Source: Eledone cirrhosa
Taxonomy: Eukaryota
Direction: 5' to 3'
Length of the DNA stretch: 64,000 nt
Assembly (NCBI GenBank): GCA_964016885.1
Contig: OZ024740.1
Location: 12,276,001 to 12,340,000 of the forward strand
Shown in pieces: positions 13,357 to 29,000 of the stretch. The translations under genes were made by a program, and so were the position numbers. The notes under the pieces were generated by a model that saw nothing but the letters and a program-made list of their open reading frames with translations, was not told the DNA's origin and ran no database searches. The first letter of the stretch is position 1; every line of letters starts with the position of its first letter.

Positions 13357-13777
13357 AGTAATGAAATTATTGTGTACAGTGCTCAGGTGCACTACAACTC
13401 GTCAAAGGTGCATGTATAGTACATAGAATAATATACAAATGTCAGGGAAGTGAATAGTGTATGAGTCATAATATACATGTGTGTGTGTATAAGGAGGGGG
13501 AATTTTAGGTGTAGTATTGGTGAATGTCAGGAAGCATGGAGGTTTTAAAGGATGCAGTGTCTGGACAGCTAACAACTGATGCAGGTAGTTTGTTCCATGG
13601 AGGTTTTAAAGGATCAGTGTCTCGACAGCTAACAACTGATGCAGGTAGTTTGTTCCATGCTTCAGCAACTCTAGGCATGAAAAAATGTTTCCGAAAGTCA
13701 TGGGAGCTGTGCTGTTTTCTGACTTTGATGGCATGTCCACGTGTGTTAGACACATGGAGATCAAAAAGGTTCTCAGA
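13357..13777 (-). mobile_element. 3' fragment of CR1/L2-group LINE with internal ~61-bp tandem duplication (13535-13659)
   Basis: Minus ORF contains NTRGHAIKVRKQHSSHDFRKHFFMPRVAEAWNKLP...FK, the conserved C-terminal motif of CR1-group ORF2. Confidence 0.8.
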
Positions 13778-13784
13778 TGCTTGG

Positions 13785-14116
13785 TGGAGCTGGACTACTG
13801 ACAGCGAAGATCTTGTCATCGTTGGCGGCTCGCCTTACTGAAGTATCAGGTGATGCCCGTGAGGGTACTTGGTTGTTTCAGCGGCTTAGCCTCGCCATCA
13901 CCCGTGGTAATGGCTTGCCTCAAAATATTGTGTTGACCCTTGAGATGCGATGTGCGGCCTGTTGTCGCACTTGGTGGTGAACTGATGGTCGTTTGTGTTT
14001 TTTGTTTTGCCTCCTCCCCCTTTTTACTCTTTTCTGTTTATAAACGACATATTTGTAATGTTATTCTGAAAGAATTATGAGCAATTTATGTTATTTATAC
14101 AACGGTGAATAAAATA
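13785..14116 (+). mobile_element. CRE-like 3' fragment (end of RLE + 3' UTR)
   Basis: LTAKILSSLAARLTEVSGDAREGTWLFQRLSLAITRGN is homologous to 11660-11790; ends at TTATACAACGGTGAATAAAA. Confidence 0.8.
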
Positions 14117-14449
14117 TCCCTTGGTAATTTCAACAGTTGAGCGAAGTGGACCCCACCCCCCAATAAACTTAATAAATACATTCATTCGTCACATCGGTAA
14201 TAAAACTATTGCATTTTTAAATTTTTATTAAACCTTATTGATTATTCTAAAATTCTATCCTCACATTTAATAATAAAAGTACTTAAAAGAGGGAACATTT
14301 ATTCTAAATAAAATTAATCTTCACATTTTAATTAAAGTGTTTACATTCTCGATTATATCTTTATTTTTAACGAGTGTCAATTGACGGGCTCTGTGTTTTA
14401 CAGTTGTCCCATCAAATGTATTGCAGTTTTTGACAAGATGTCCTTGTTG

Positions 14450-14730
14450 AAGCAGTCCTGTGGTCAAAGGTGTTCCAACCTTAGACAACATTCTTCATTT
14501 TCAGATATACCGAGGTTTCATAATACAATACGTAGATTGAGAAACCGCAAAGAGGCTCCTTCCGAACATTATTGTTTAGCCATGTCAAAGACATTCCAGC
14601 CGTGGCCATCACGTTTTTTTTTTGATTTTAGGAAACTAGAGCTGCATTATCTAATGTATCCTTTTGTTAAGAGAGAAGGATGTCATTTGAGGCAGATTTA
14701 GGTGTTATCTTTAGCAGATATATGACCAGG
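14450..14730. repeat. Old dispersed repeat (SINE-like; related fragments at 12190-12365)
   Basis: ATTTGAGGCAGATTTAGGTGTTATCTTTAGCAG resembles ATTTGAGGGAGATTTGGCTGCTATTTATAGCAG at 12300; an inverted copy lies near 12195-12220. Confidence 0.4.
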
Positions 14731-15479
14731 TTGCTAGATATATGTTCACTACTGAGGAGACTTTCATTTACTCTACGGTGCTCACCAAGTGAAATGCTTG
14801 TGATGCATGCTGGTTAATTTACACCGTATTGTGTCTATAAATCACTTTTCTAGCCGGTGTTACGTATCACTATAGCACCATGATTATTAACTTCCGTCAT
14901 ACGTAAAACCATCGTTATTGCACCACTGTTCCACACCAACATTCCACCACTTTGAAATACCAAGTTAGTATTATTCTTTCTTCATATAAACACTTATTAA
15001 CTATCTCACTTTATTATATTATATGTAACTGCCTTCATTTCATTGTATTTGTCGTTAGTTATTCGTGTTTCTAATAAGTTCCGTCGACAGGAAAATAATC
15101 GAGTCTCATGGACTTTCAAGAGTATTTCAAAATAGAGGTAACTAGAAATAAAGTTGAAATGAAAAGTACATTATATAATTATATTAAAAGAGACAGACAT
15201 ACATACTTTTTATGTCCAGTTTAAATATATACATACGTATAGCGTATGTGATAAACTAAAGACATTTCAGTCCTTGTTTTAAGCTAAATACCTGTAGTTT
15301 ACGGCGTATATATTCTCATTTTATGTATTTTATTTACATTTTATATATTTCTATATACACATCCTAGGTGTTATATATAGGTGTTTGTGTACGAATATAG
15401 AAATATTGAATAGTGTGTGTGTGTGTGTGTGTTTAATACGTTATGTATGTGTGTATTATAAAACGTGTGTGTGTGCGTA

Positions 15480-15615
15480 TACTATACACGATATATATGT
15501 GTATATATAGACAGTATATATATAGACATAGTATATATATTATATATATATATAGGCATAGTATATATATATAGGCATAGTATATATATATAGGCATAGT
15601 ATATATATAGACATA

Positions 15616-15689
<74 letters not shown>

Positions 15690-15892
15690 GTATATATACA
15701 TAGTATATATATATATATACACATAGTATATATACATAGTATATATATATATATACATAGTATATATACATATATAAATATATATATACATAGTATATAT
15801 ACATACATAGTATATATACATATATATATATATATACATACATAGTATATATACATATATATATATATATATATACATAGTATATATACATA

Positions 15893-15941
<49 letters not shown>
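15480..15941. repeat. Compound microsatellite CATAG(TA)n, first segment
   Basis: Seen directly; continues at 16268-16394 and 20726-25830. Confidence 0.95.
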
Positions 15942-15948
<7 letters not shown>

Positions 15949-16019
15949 AAAAAGAGATGAAATCGAAAATGCAACTGAAGTCTTATTTTTTAAAAAAATA
16001 TATATATTTTTATTTGGTT

Positions 16020-16057
16020 CCTTTACCGGTTTCGCAGTTCTTATGCTTTTCAAAAGG
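16020..16057 (-). ncRNA. Minimal type I hammerhead ribozyme motif (U3-A8 variant), copy with one stem II mismatch
   Basis: Minus strand: CCTT-TTGAAAA-GCAT-aagaa-CTGC-GAAA-CCGG-TA-AAGG. Confidence 0.65.
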
Positions 16058-16090
16058 TGAGAAAAACCATAGACCCTCCATCTCAACTCA

Positions 16091-16128
16091 CCTTTTGAAA
16101 AGCAGAAGAACTGCGAAACCGGTAAAGG
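16091..16128 (+). ncRNA. Minimal type I hammerhead ribozyme motif (U3-A8 variant)
   Basis: CCTT (stem I) TTGAAAA (core) GCAG-aagaa-CTGC (stem II) GAAA CCGG (palindromic stem III) TA (UH site) AAGG (stem I). Confidence 0.75.
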
Positions 16129-16324
16129 AACCAAATAAATATATATATTTAAAAAAAAAATAAGACTTCAGTTGCATTTTCGATTTGATCTCTTTTTCTT
16201 TATACTTTCACTCGTGTAGGACACCTCGGTTATTTTTCATTTTGTAAAAAAAAACCTCACTTTCTAATATATATATATATATATACATAGTATATATATA
16301 TACATAGTATATATATATACATAG

Positions 16325-16356
<32 letters not shown>

Positions 16357-16487
16357 GTATATATATATATATATATACATAGTATATATATATATCATCA
16401 TCATGTTTAGCGTCCGTGTTCCACGCTTGCATGGGTTTGGACGGGGGTTTTCCCACTTGAGGCAAGACTGGTTGTCTTGCTCGCATA

Positions 16488-16718
16488 GGACTGTCTGGCG
16501 GGTTTTCTACAGTTGGATGCCCTTCCTAACACCAACCACATTTACAGTGTGGGGCTGGGAGGTTTTTACCGTGTTGCCTACACGGCCACATTACAGCGTG
16601 GACTGTCTGGCGGGTTTTCTACAGCTGGATGCCCTTCCTAACACCAACCACATTTACAGTGTGGGGCTGGGAGGTTTTTACCGTGTTGCCTACACGGCCA
16701 CATTTACAGCGTGGACTG
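16488..16718. repeat. 112-bp tandem duplication in the RTE 3' UTR
   Basis: GGACTGTCTGGCGGG... restarts at 16488 and 16600; near-identical units. Confidence 0.9.
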
Positions 16719-16891
16719 TGTGTTTTTTTTTGTCGTGACACCTACACGATCTCATTTGTTTCGGCCTGGATGTTGTGGGACCAACATAACTTTACATTGA
16801 AAGGGGCGGTGTGGATGGGGTGGAGGTGGTGGGACGGGGGGTGTGTTTTGATAGAGATGCCTACTGACTGTAGTAGGTTTTTACTTTGTAT

Positions 16892-19800
16892 TTAGGTAAG
16901 GCGGGTCTTCTCTATTACTGAGTACCGCCAAAGGTCTCGGTCCAGTGACATTGTCTTGGAGAGGTGTAAGCGTGTGAGGTCGGAATTTATCAGCTCGTCC
17001 CATGTTTTTCTGGGTCTGCCTACACCGTGGCTACCGTCTATCTTTATTGCCCTGCACTTTGTTATACAGCTGTCGTCTTTCATGCGCATCACGTGACCGT
17101 ACCAACGTAGCCTTCTCTCGAGTAAACAACATCTGATCCCTCTTATTTCTAATTTTTTCCTTAGTTCGTTTATGCTTTGCCGTTCACGTATATTACTATT
17201 GCACATCCAGCGGAGCATGCAAGCTTTGTTCCTCTCTAGTCTGCGTATATCCTCTGCACACAATGCCCGGGTCTCACTGCCATGCAGCATTGCTGTTCGA
17301 ATGCAGGCATCGTATAACCTGCCTTTCATTTTTAGGGAGAACCCTCTAGCGGCTAATAGTGGTATAAGCTCTCTGAACCTTTTCCATCCAGTTCTGACTC
17401 TAGCTACTGTACTTTCAGAGCACCCTCCCCCACTGCTGATTTTGTCACCCAGGTAACGGAAGCTGTCCACTATTTCTATAGAACCCTCTGCGCAGTTGAA
17501 GGAGCTAGTATTTTGTGGGCACTTGCTGCTACTTATTGCACCAGAGCACCGGCCACATGTCAAATCTATGTTCTTAGTTAGCTTACCTGTGATCCCACTA
17601 CATCTTTTATGCACCCATACTTTGCATTTGGGACATAAAATGGAGTTTCTACCTACGCCTTTCCTACACACTGAGCATGGCCATTTCCCAGATGGGACCG
17701 CCGCCTTATTTTCTTTCCTACAAACTAGAACTTTAGTCTTAGCCAGGTTAATTTTAAGGCCTTTTGATTCTAGGCCGTGCTTCCATGTTTGGAATTTCTT
17801 CTCTAGTTCGGTCATTGATTCAGCTATGAGCGTTAGATCATCTGCGTATAGGAGTTCCCATGGGCAGCCGGTCTTGAACTCCTCTGTTATAGCCTGAAGG
17901 GCAATAATAAATAGTAGGGGGCTAAGAACAGAGCCCTGATGGACACCAACTTTTACGCTAAACTCTTCACTATATTCGTTGTTAATTCTAACCTTACTGA
18001 CTGTTTCTTTATACATGGCTTGTATAGCTCTCACAAGCCATTCGTCAACACCTAGTTTTCTAAGAGACCACCAGATAATGGAACGGGGGACTCTGTCGAA
18101 GGCTTTCTCCAAGTCGACGAAAGCTAAGTATAGGGGTTTACTTTTAGCTAGGTACTTCTCCTGTAGTTGTCGTACAATGAAAAGAGCGTCTGTGGTACTT
18201 TTGCCTGACACAAACCCGAACTGCATTTCATCTAGATCAATTCTCTCTCTGATTAGTTGCGCTATTACTTTTTCCGTGACCTTCATGACCTGGTCGATTA
18301 ATTTAATGCCTCTATAGTTACTCCTATCTAGGGCATCTCCTTTTCCCTTATAGCAGTTAACGATGATGCTGCTACGCCAGTCCTTCGGAACAACCCCATT
18401 CTGTACGACTTGGTTAACTATCCGGGTGACCATGGTGTGTCCCACCGAACCAGATGCCTTCAGCATCTCAGCAACTATTTCCGAAGGACCAGCCGCCTTA
18501 CCCGTCTTCATATCTTTGATTGCCTTGCTTATTGTACTACCCTGGACTAACACTGCTGGTCCCTCTATTGGGTCGATGTGGGGTAGACTGTCTTTCTCCC
18601 ATTTGTTCTCCTCATTTAGAAGCCTTTCGTAGTGACACTTCCAAGCTACCTTCTTATCAGCGTCGGTGATGGCAAGTATGCCATCATCGTTAAGTACACA
18701 CTTCTCCCTGACAATATCACGGTTTTCCTTGACACATTGCCTGGCAATCCTGAACACCTCACGTTTTTGGTCCTCACGTTGTAGAACATGCTTGAACTTT
18801 CTTTCCTCTGCTTCCCTTCTTGCGAAGTACACTTGTCTCCTAGCTTCCCTCCTGGCCACTTGATAGTCTTCTCTACTTCCCCCATCCCGCCATACTTTCC
18901 AAGCCTGCTTTTTGGCCTTAATTGACTCCTCCACCTTACTGTTCCACCACCATGTTACTCTCCTCCTACCTACAGGCCTGCTCCAGCCACAGACTTCGTC
19001 TGCCGCTGTCAGCAGGTTTGCTCTCAGGAATTCCCACTGTTCCTCTATATTATACGACTCTAATTGCTCTTCCTTACTGTTGAAAGCGTCAAGTAATATG
19101 CTTTGAAATTTATTTCTGGCTATGGGGTCCTTTAGCTTCCATATTTTTCTCCTGAGGATAGTCCTCTTCCGCTGTCTAGTACGTCTGGTCCTGACTATGA
19201 GGTCGCTAATTATCAGTCTATGTTGGGAGGTGAATTCTTCATGGGGGAGGGATTTAGTGTTAACAACAGACACTCTGTCACGTCTTCTGGTAAGGATATA
19301 ATCTACCTGGCTTGTGCGTTCCCCCGATCTATAGGTGATCAAGTGATTGTCTCGTTTTTTGAAGTTAGTGTTACAGATAGTTAAGTTATTTGCGTCGCAG
19401 AATTCCAGGATTCTGGAGCCTTCCTCATTTCTAGTACCGAACCCGTAGCCTCCATGGATTCCGTCATAGCCGTCACAATGTTGTCCAACGTGACCATTTA
19501 GGTCGCCTGCAATAACTATATAGTCACTGTCGGTTATTTGGGAGGTAGCGAGCATCAGTGTCTCATAGAATCTGTCTTTTATAGCGCCGGGCAGTCCGGA
19601 TTGGGGTGCGTACGCAGATATTACTGTCACCGTAGTTTTATTGAGGACAAGTCTTATTTTAATTATTCTGTCGTTCAGTCTATTTACGTCTATTATCTTA
19701 TCTGCCCACTTTTCTGCTAACATGATTCCTACCCCACCCAGCCCATTGTCATTTCCCACCCAGAAAAGCTTATAGCATCGTTTTTTACCCACAATGAATC

Positions 19801-20077
19801 TAGCAGACCCGCTCCTCCACCTGGTCTCTTGGATGCAGCAGACATCGACCTCCTTACATTCAAGCATTTCTACAACCTCGTTTGAGCGGCCTTTTAAGGT
19901 CCCTACATTCATGGTACCAACTCTGAAGTTTTGGATTGCGTTTGGTGGGTGGGGTGCAGGGAGGGGTGTGGTTGATGGGGTTGGGGTTATGTTGGCCATC
20001 CGCGGCCGCAACAAAGAGGGTGGGGCTTTGCCCTTTCGTCCGGCAGCATGAGGTGAATTTGTCGTTATCTTTTGCAT
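16892..20077 (-). CDS. RTE LINE polyprotein: APE endonuclease + reverse transcriptase with inserted PHD-like zinc finger (1061 aa, intact)
   Basis: EN motifs GTMNV, IQETRW, SAYAPQ, GDLNGHVG, QVDYIL, SQHRL; RT motifs YRGIKL, QFGF, FVDLEKAFD, QGSVLSPLLF, YADD, FRYLG; finger CSVC..CPKC..H..C..CGRC. Confidence 0.95.
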   Translation of the reverse strand: MQKITTNSPHAAGRKGKAPPSLLRPRMANITPTPSTTPLPAPHPPNAIQNFRVGTMNVGTLKGRSNEVVEMLECKEVDVCCIQETRWRSGSARFIVGKKRCYKLFWVGNDNGLGGVGIMLAEKWADKIIDVNRLNDRIIKIRLVLNKTTVTVISAYAPQSGLPGAIKDRFYETLMLATSQITDSDYIVIAGDLNGHVGQHCDGYDGIHGGYGFGTRNEEGSRILEFCDANNLTICNTNFKKRDNHLITYRSGERTSQVDYILTRRRDRVSVVNTKSLPHEEFTSQHRLIISDLIVRTRRTRQRKRTILRRKIWKLKDPIARNKFQSILLDAFNSKEEQLESYNIEEQWEFLRANLLTAADEVCGWSRPVGRRRVTWWWNSKVEESIKAKKQAWKVWRDGGSREDYQVARREARRQVYFARREAEERKFKHVLQREDQKREVFRIARQCVKENRDIVREKCVLNDDGILAITDADKKVAWKCHYERLLNEENKWEKDSLPHIDPIEGPAVLVQGSTISKAIKDMKTGKAAGPSEIVAEMLKASGSVGHTMVTRIVNQVVQNGVVPKDWRSSIIVNCYKGKGDALDRSNYRGIKLIDQVMKVTEKVIAQLIRERIDLDEMQFGFVSGKSTTDALFIVRQLQEKYLAKSKPLYLAFVDLEKAFDRVPRSIIWWSLRKLGVDEWLVRAIQAMYKETVSKVRINNEYSEEFSVKVGVHQGSVLSPLLFIIALQAITEEFKTGCPWELLYADDLTLIAESMTELEKKFQTWKHGLESKGLKINLAKTKVLVCRKENKAAVPSGKWPCSVCRKGVGRNSILCPKCKVWVHKRCSGITGKLTKNIDLTCGRCSGAISSSKCPQNTSSFNCAEGSIEIVDSFRYLGDKISSGGGCSESTVARVRTGWKRFRELIPLLAARGFSLKMKGRLYDACIRTAMLHGSETRALCAEDIRRLERNKACMLRWMCNSNIRERQSINELRKKLEIRGIRCCLLERRLRWYGHVMRMKDDSCITKCRAIKIDGSHGVGRPRKTWDELINSDLTRLHLSKTMSLDRDLWRYSVIEKTRLT

Positions 20078-20725
20078 TGTCTTTGGGTGTCCAGATTCTT
20101 CTGACTCTCCAGAAATTCCCTAGTTCATCCATCATATCGAAAAAGCAACCAGAAGAGCTAGCATAGGTCCTTTACTTGTGATTGGTCCAAATAATGTGGA
20201 GAGTGGGGGCGGGAGGGAGGGGTATGGGGTAGTTTGCGAGGAGCAGAATTATTTTTAGAACAACGGTGAGAAAGAACAGAATTATAGAAAGCCAATTTTG
20301 AATACGATTTTTGATTCTGGTGGATTGTAAGATATATAGATGAATGAACCGAATGTGGAGAGTTGAGAAGAAATGGATATGTACGTTACATTTCGTAGAA
20401 GAAAACTGAACAAGCAACCATCAATAATAGGAGACACATTCTGGGTTTAGTCCCCTGTAGCATGGCTTATTTATATTTGGTTGGCAAGGAGTGAGGAGGA
20501 GTGTGAGACCAGCGTATATGATAGAGAGAGTGAGGGGGTGAGAGGCGATTTCAGCAGGCCAAGAGAGAGAGAGGGCGATCCCTAATTTAACCTGGCATAA
20601 TTTCTTTTTTCGGCCAAAATGGGTGCAGGAATATTATTTAAAATTGTAGAAAGACAAACAATTATGAACATGATTTTTTTGCGAGGAGCAGAATTATTTT
20701 TAGAACAATGGTGAGAAAGAACAGA

Positions 20726-25830
<5,105 letters not shown>

Positions 25831-26030
25831 NNNNNNNNNNNNNNNNNNNNNNNNNNNNNNNNNNNNNNNNNNNNNNNNNNNNNNNNNNNNNNNNNNNNNN
25901 NNNNNNNNNNNNNNNNNNNNNNNNNNNNNNNNNNNNNNNNNNNNNNNNNNNNNNNNNNNNNNNNNNNNNNNNNNNNNNNNNNNNNNNNNNNNNNNNNNNN
26001 NNNNNNNNNNNNNNNNNNNNNNNNNNNNNN
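25831..26030. other. Assembly gap (200 N)
   Basis: Run of exactly 200 n, probably a fixed-size scaffolding spacer; distance and orientation across it are uncertain. Confidence 0.99.
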
Positions 26031-29000
26031 GTTGGTAATGTTGGTGGTGGTGGTGTTGTCGGTGTTGTTGGTGGTGGTGGTGTTGTTGGTATTGTTGGTG
26101 TTGGTGGTGTTGTTGGTAATGTTGGTGGTGGTGGTGTTGTTGGTATTGTTGGTGGTGGTGGTGTTGTTTGTAATGTTGGTGGTGGTGGTGTTGTTGGTAA
26201 TGTTGGTGGTGGTGGTGTTGTTGGTAATGTTGGTGGTGGTGGTGTCGTTGGTATTGTTGGTGGTGGTGGTGTTGTTGGTAATGTTGGTGGTGGTGGTGTT
26301 GTTGGTAATGTTGGTGGTGGTGGTGTTGTTGGTAATGTTGGTGGTGGTGGTGTTGTTGGTATTGTTGGTAGTGGTGGTGTTGTTGGTAATGTTGGTGGTG
26401 GTGGTGTTGTTGGTAATGTTGGTGGTGGTGGTGTTGTTGGTAATGTTGGTGGTGGTGGTGTCGTTGGTATTGTTGGTGGTGGTGGTGTTGTTGGTAATGT
26501 TGGTGGTGGTGGTGTTGTTGGTAATGTTGGTGGTGGTGGTGTTGTTGGTAATGTTGGTGGTGGTGGTGTTGTTGGTAATGTTGGTGGTGGTGGTGTTGTT
26601 GGTAATGTTGGTGTTGGTGGTGTTGTTGGTAATGTTGGTGGTGGTGGTGTTGTTGGTAATGTTGGTGGTGGTGGTGTTGTTGGTATTGTTGGTGGTGGTG
26701 GTGTTGTTGGTATTGTTGGTGGTGGTGGTGTTGTTGGTATTGTTGGTGGTGGTGGTGGTGTTGGTAATGTTGGTGGTGGTGGTGTTGTTGGTGTTGTTGG
26801 TGGTGGTGGTGTTGTTGGTGTTGTTGGTGGTGGTGGTGTTGTTGTTAATGTTGGGTGGTGGTGTTGTTGGTAATGTTGGTGGTGGTGGTGTTGGTGTTGT
26901 TGGTGGTAGTGGTGGTGTTGTTGGTATTGTTGGTGGTGGTGGTGTTGTTGGTATTGTTGGTTGTGGTGGTGTTGTTGGTAATGTTGGTGGTGCTTGTGTT
27001 GTTGGTAATGTTGGTGGTGGTGGTGTTGTTGGTGTTGTTGGTGGTGTTGGTGTTGTTGGTATGTTGGTGGTGGTGGTGTTGTTGGTAATGTTGGTGGTGG
27101 TGGTGTTGTTGGTATTGTTGGTGGTGGTGGTGTTGTTGGTGTTGTTGGTGGTGGTGGTGTTGTTGGTGTTGTTGGTGGTGTTTTTGGTGTTGTTGGTGGT
27201 GGTGGTGTTGTTGGTAATGTTGGTGGTGGTGTTGTTGGTAATGTTGGTGGTGGTGGTGTTGTTGGTAATGTTGGTGGTGGTGGTGTTGTTGGTATTGTTG
27301 GTGGTGGTGGTGTTGTTGGTAATGTTGGTGGTGGTGGTGTTGTTGGTATTGTTGGTGGTGGTGGTGGTGTTGTTGGTATTGTTGGTGGTGGTGGTGTTGT
27401 TGGTATTGTTGGTGGTGGTGGTGTTGTTAGTATTGTTGGTGGTGGTGGTGTTGTTGGTAATGTTGGTGGTGGTGGTGTTGTTGGTATTGTTGGTGGTGGT
27501 GGTGTTGTGGTATTGTTGGTGGTGGTGGTGTTGGTAATGTTGGTGGTGGTGGTGTTGTTGGTAATGTTGGTGGTGGTGGTGTTGTTGGTAATGTTGGTGG
27601 TGGTGGTGTTGTTGGTAATGTTGGTGGTGGTGGTGTTGGTAATGTTGGTGGTGGTGGTGTTGTTGGTAATGTTGGTGGTGGTGGTGTTGTGGTAATGTTG
27701 GTGGTGGTGGTGTTGTTGGTAATGTTGGTGGTGGTGGTGTTGTTGGTAATGTTGGTGGTGGTGGTGTTGTTGGTGTTGTTGATGGTGGTGGTGTTGTTGG
27801 TAATGTTGGTGGTGGTGGTGTTGGTAATGTTGGTGGTGGTGGTGTTGTTGGTATTGTTGGTGGTGGTTGTTGGTATTGTTGGTGGTGGTGGTGTTGTTGG
27901 TATTGTGGTGGTGGTGGTGTTGTTGGTATTGTGGTGGTGGTGGTGTTGTTGGTAATGTTGGTGGTGGTGGTGTTGTTGGTATTGTTGGTGGTGGTGGTGT
28001 TGTGGGTAATGTGGTGGTGGTGGTGTTGTTGGTATTGTTGGTGGTGGTGGCGGTGTTGGTATTGTTGGTGGTGTTGTTGGTGTTGTTGGTGGTGGTGGTG
28101 TTGTTGGTGTTGTTGGTGGTGGTGGTGTTGTTGGTAATGTGGTGGTGGTGGTGTTGTTGGTGTTGTGTTGGTGGTGGTGGTGTTGTTGTTGGTAATGTTG
28201 GTGGTGTTGTTGGTGTTGTTGGTGGTGGTGGTGTTGTTGGTGTTGTTGGTGGGTGGTGTTGTTGGTAATGTTGGTGGTGTTGTTGGTGTTGTTGGTGGTG
28301 GTGGTGTTGTTGGTATTGTTGGTGGTGGTGGTGTTGTTGGTAATGTTGGTGGTGTTGTTGGTGTTGTTGGTGGTGGTGGTGTTGTTGGTGTTGGTGGTGG
28401 TGGTGTTGTTGGTAATGTTGGTGGTGGTGGTGTTGTTGGTATTGTTGGTGGTGGTGGTGTTGTTGGTATTGTTGGTGGTGGTGGTGTTGTTGGTGTTGTT
28501 GGTGGAGGTGGTGTTGTTGGTGTTGTTGGTATGTTGGTGGTGGTGGTGTTGGTATTGTTGGTGGTGTTGGTGTTGTTGGTGTTGTTGGTGTAGGTGGTGT
28601 TGTTGGTGTTGTTGGTATTGTTGGTGGTGGTGGTGTTGGTATTGTTGGTGGTGGTGGTGTTGTTGGTGTTGTTGGTGGAGGTGGTGTTGTTGGTGTTGTT
28701 GGTATTGTTGGTGGTGGTGGTGTTGGTATTGTTGGTGGTGGTGGTGTTGTTGGTGTTGTTGGTGGAGGTGGTGTTGTTGGTGTTGTTGGTTGTGGTGGTG
28801 GTGGTTTTGGTATTGTTGGTGGTGGTGGTGTTGTTGGTAATGTTGGTGGTGGTGGTGGTGTTGGTATTGTTGTTGGTGTTGGTATTGGTGGTGGTGGTGT
28901 TGTTGGTATTGTTGGTGGTGGTGGTGGTGTTGGTATTGTTGGTGGTGGTGGTGGTGTTGGGTTGTTGGTGGTGGTGGTGTTGTTGGTATTGTTGTTGGTG

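Larger units (their letters stand above)
15942..16204. mobile_element. Fold-back (two ~120-bp inverted arms, 25-nt spacer), probable Penelope-like element terminal repeats in inverted orientation
   Basis: 15942-16061 is the near-perfect reverse complement of 16087-16204; each arm has a hammerhead motif followed by AATAAA. Confidence 0.7.
16395..20725 (-). mobile_element. Apparently full-length RTE-clade LINE inserted in the CATAG(TA)n array
   Basis: Single EN+RT ORF, ~650-bp 5' region, 3' UTR ending in a (TGA)n tail; both flanks are the same TA array. Confidence 0.9.
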
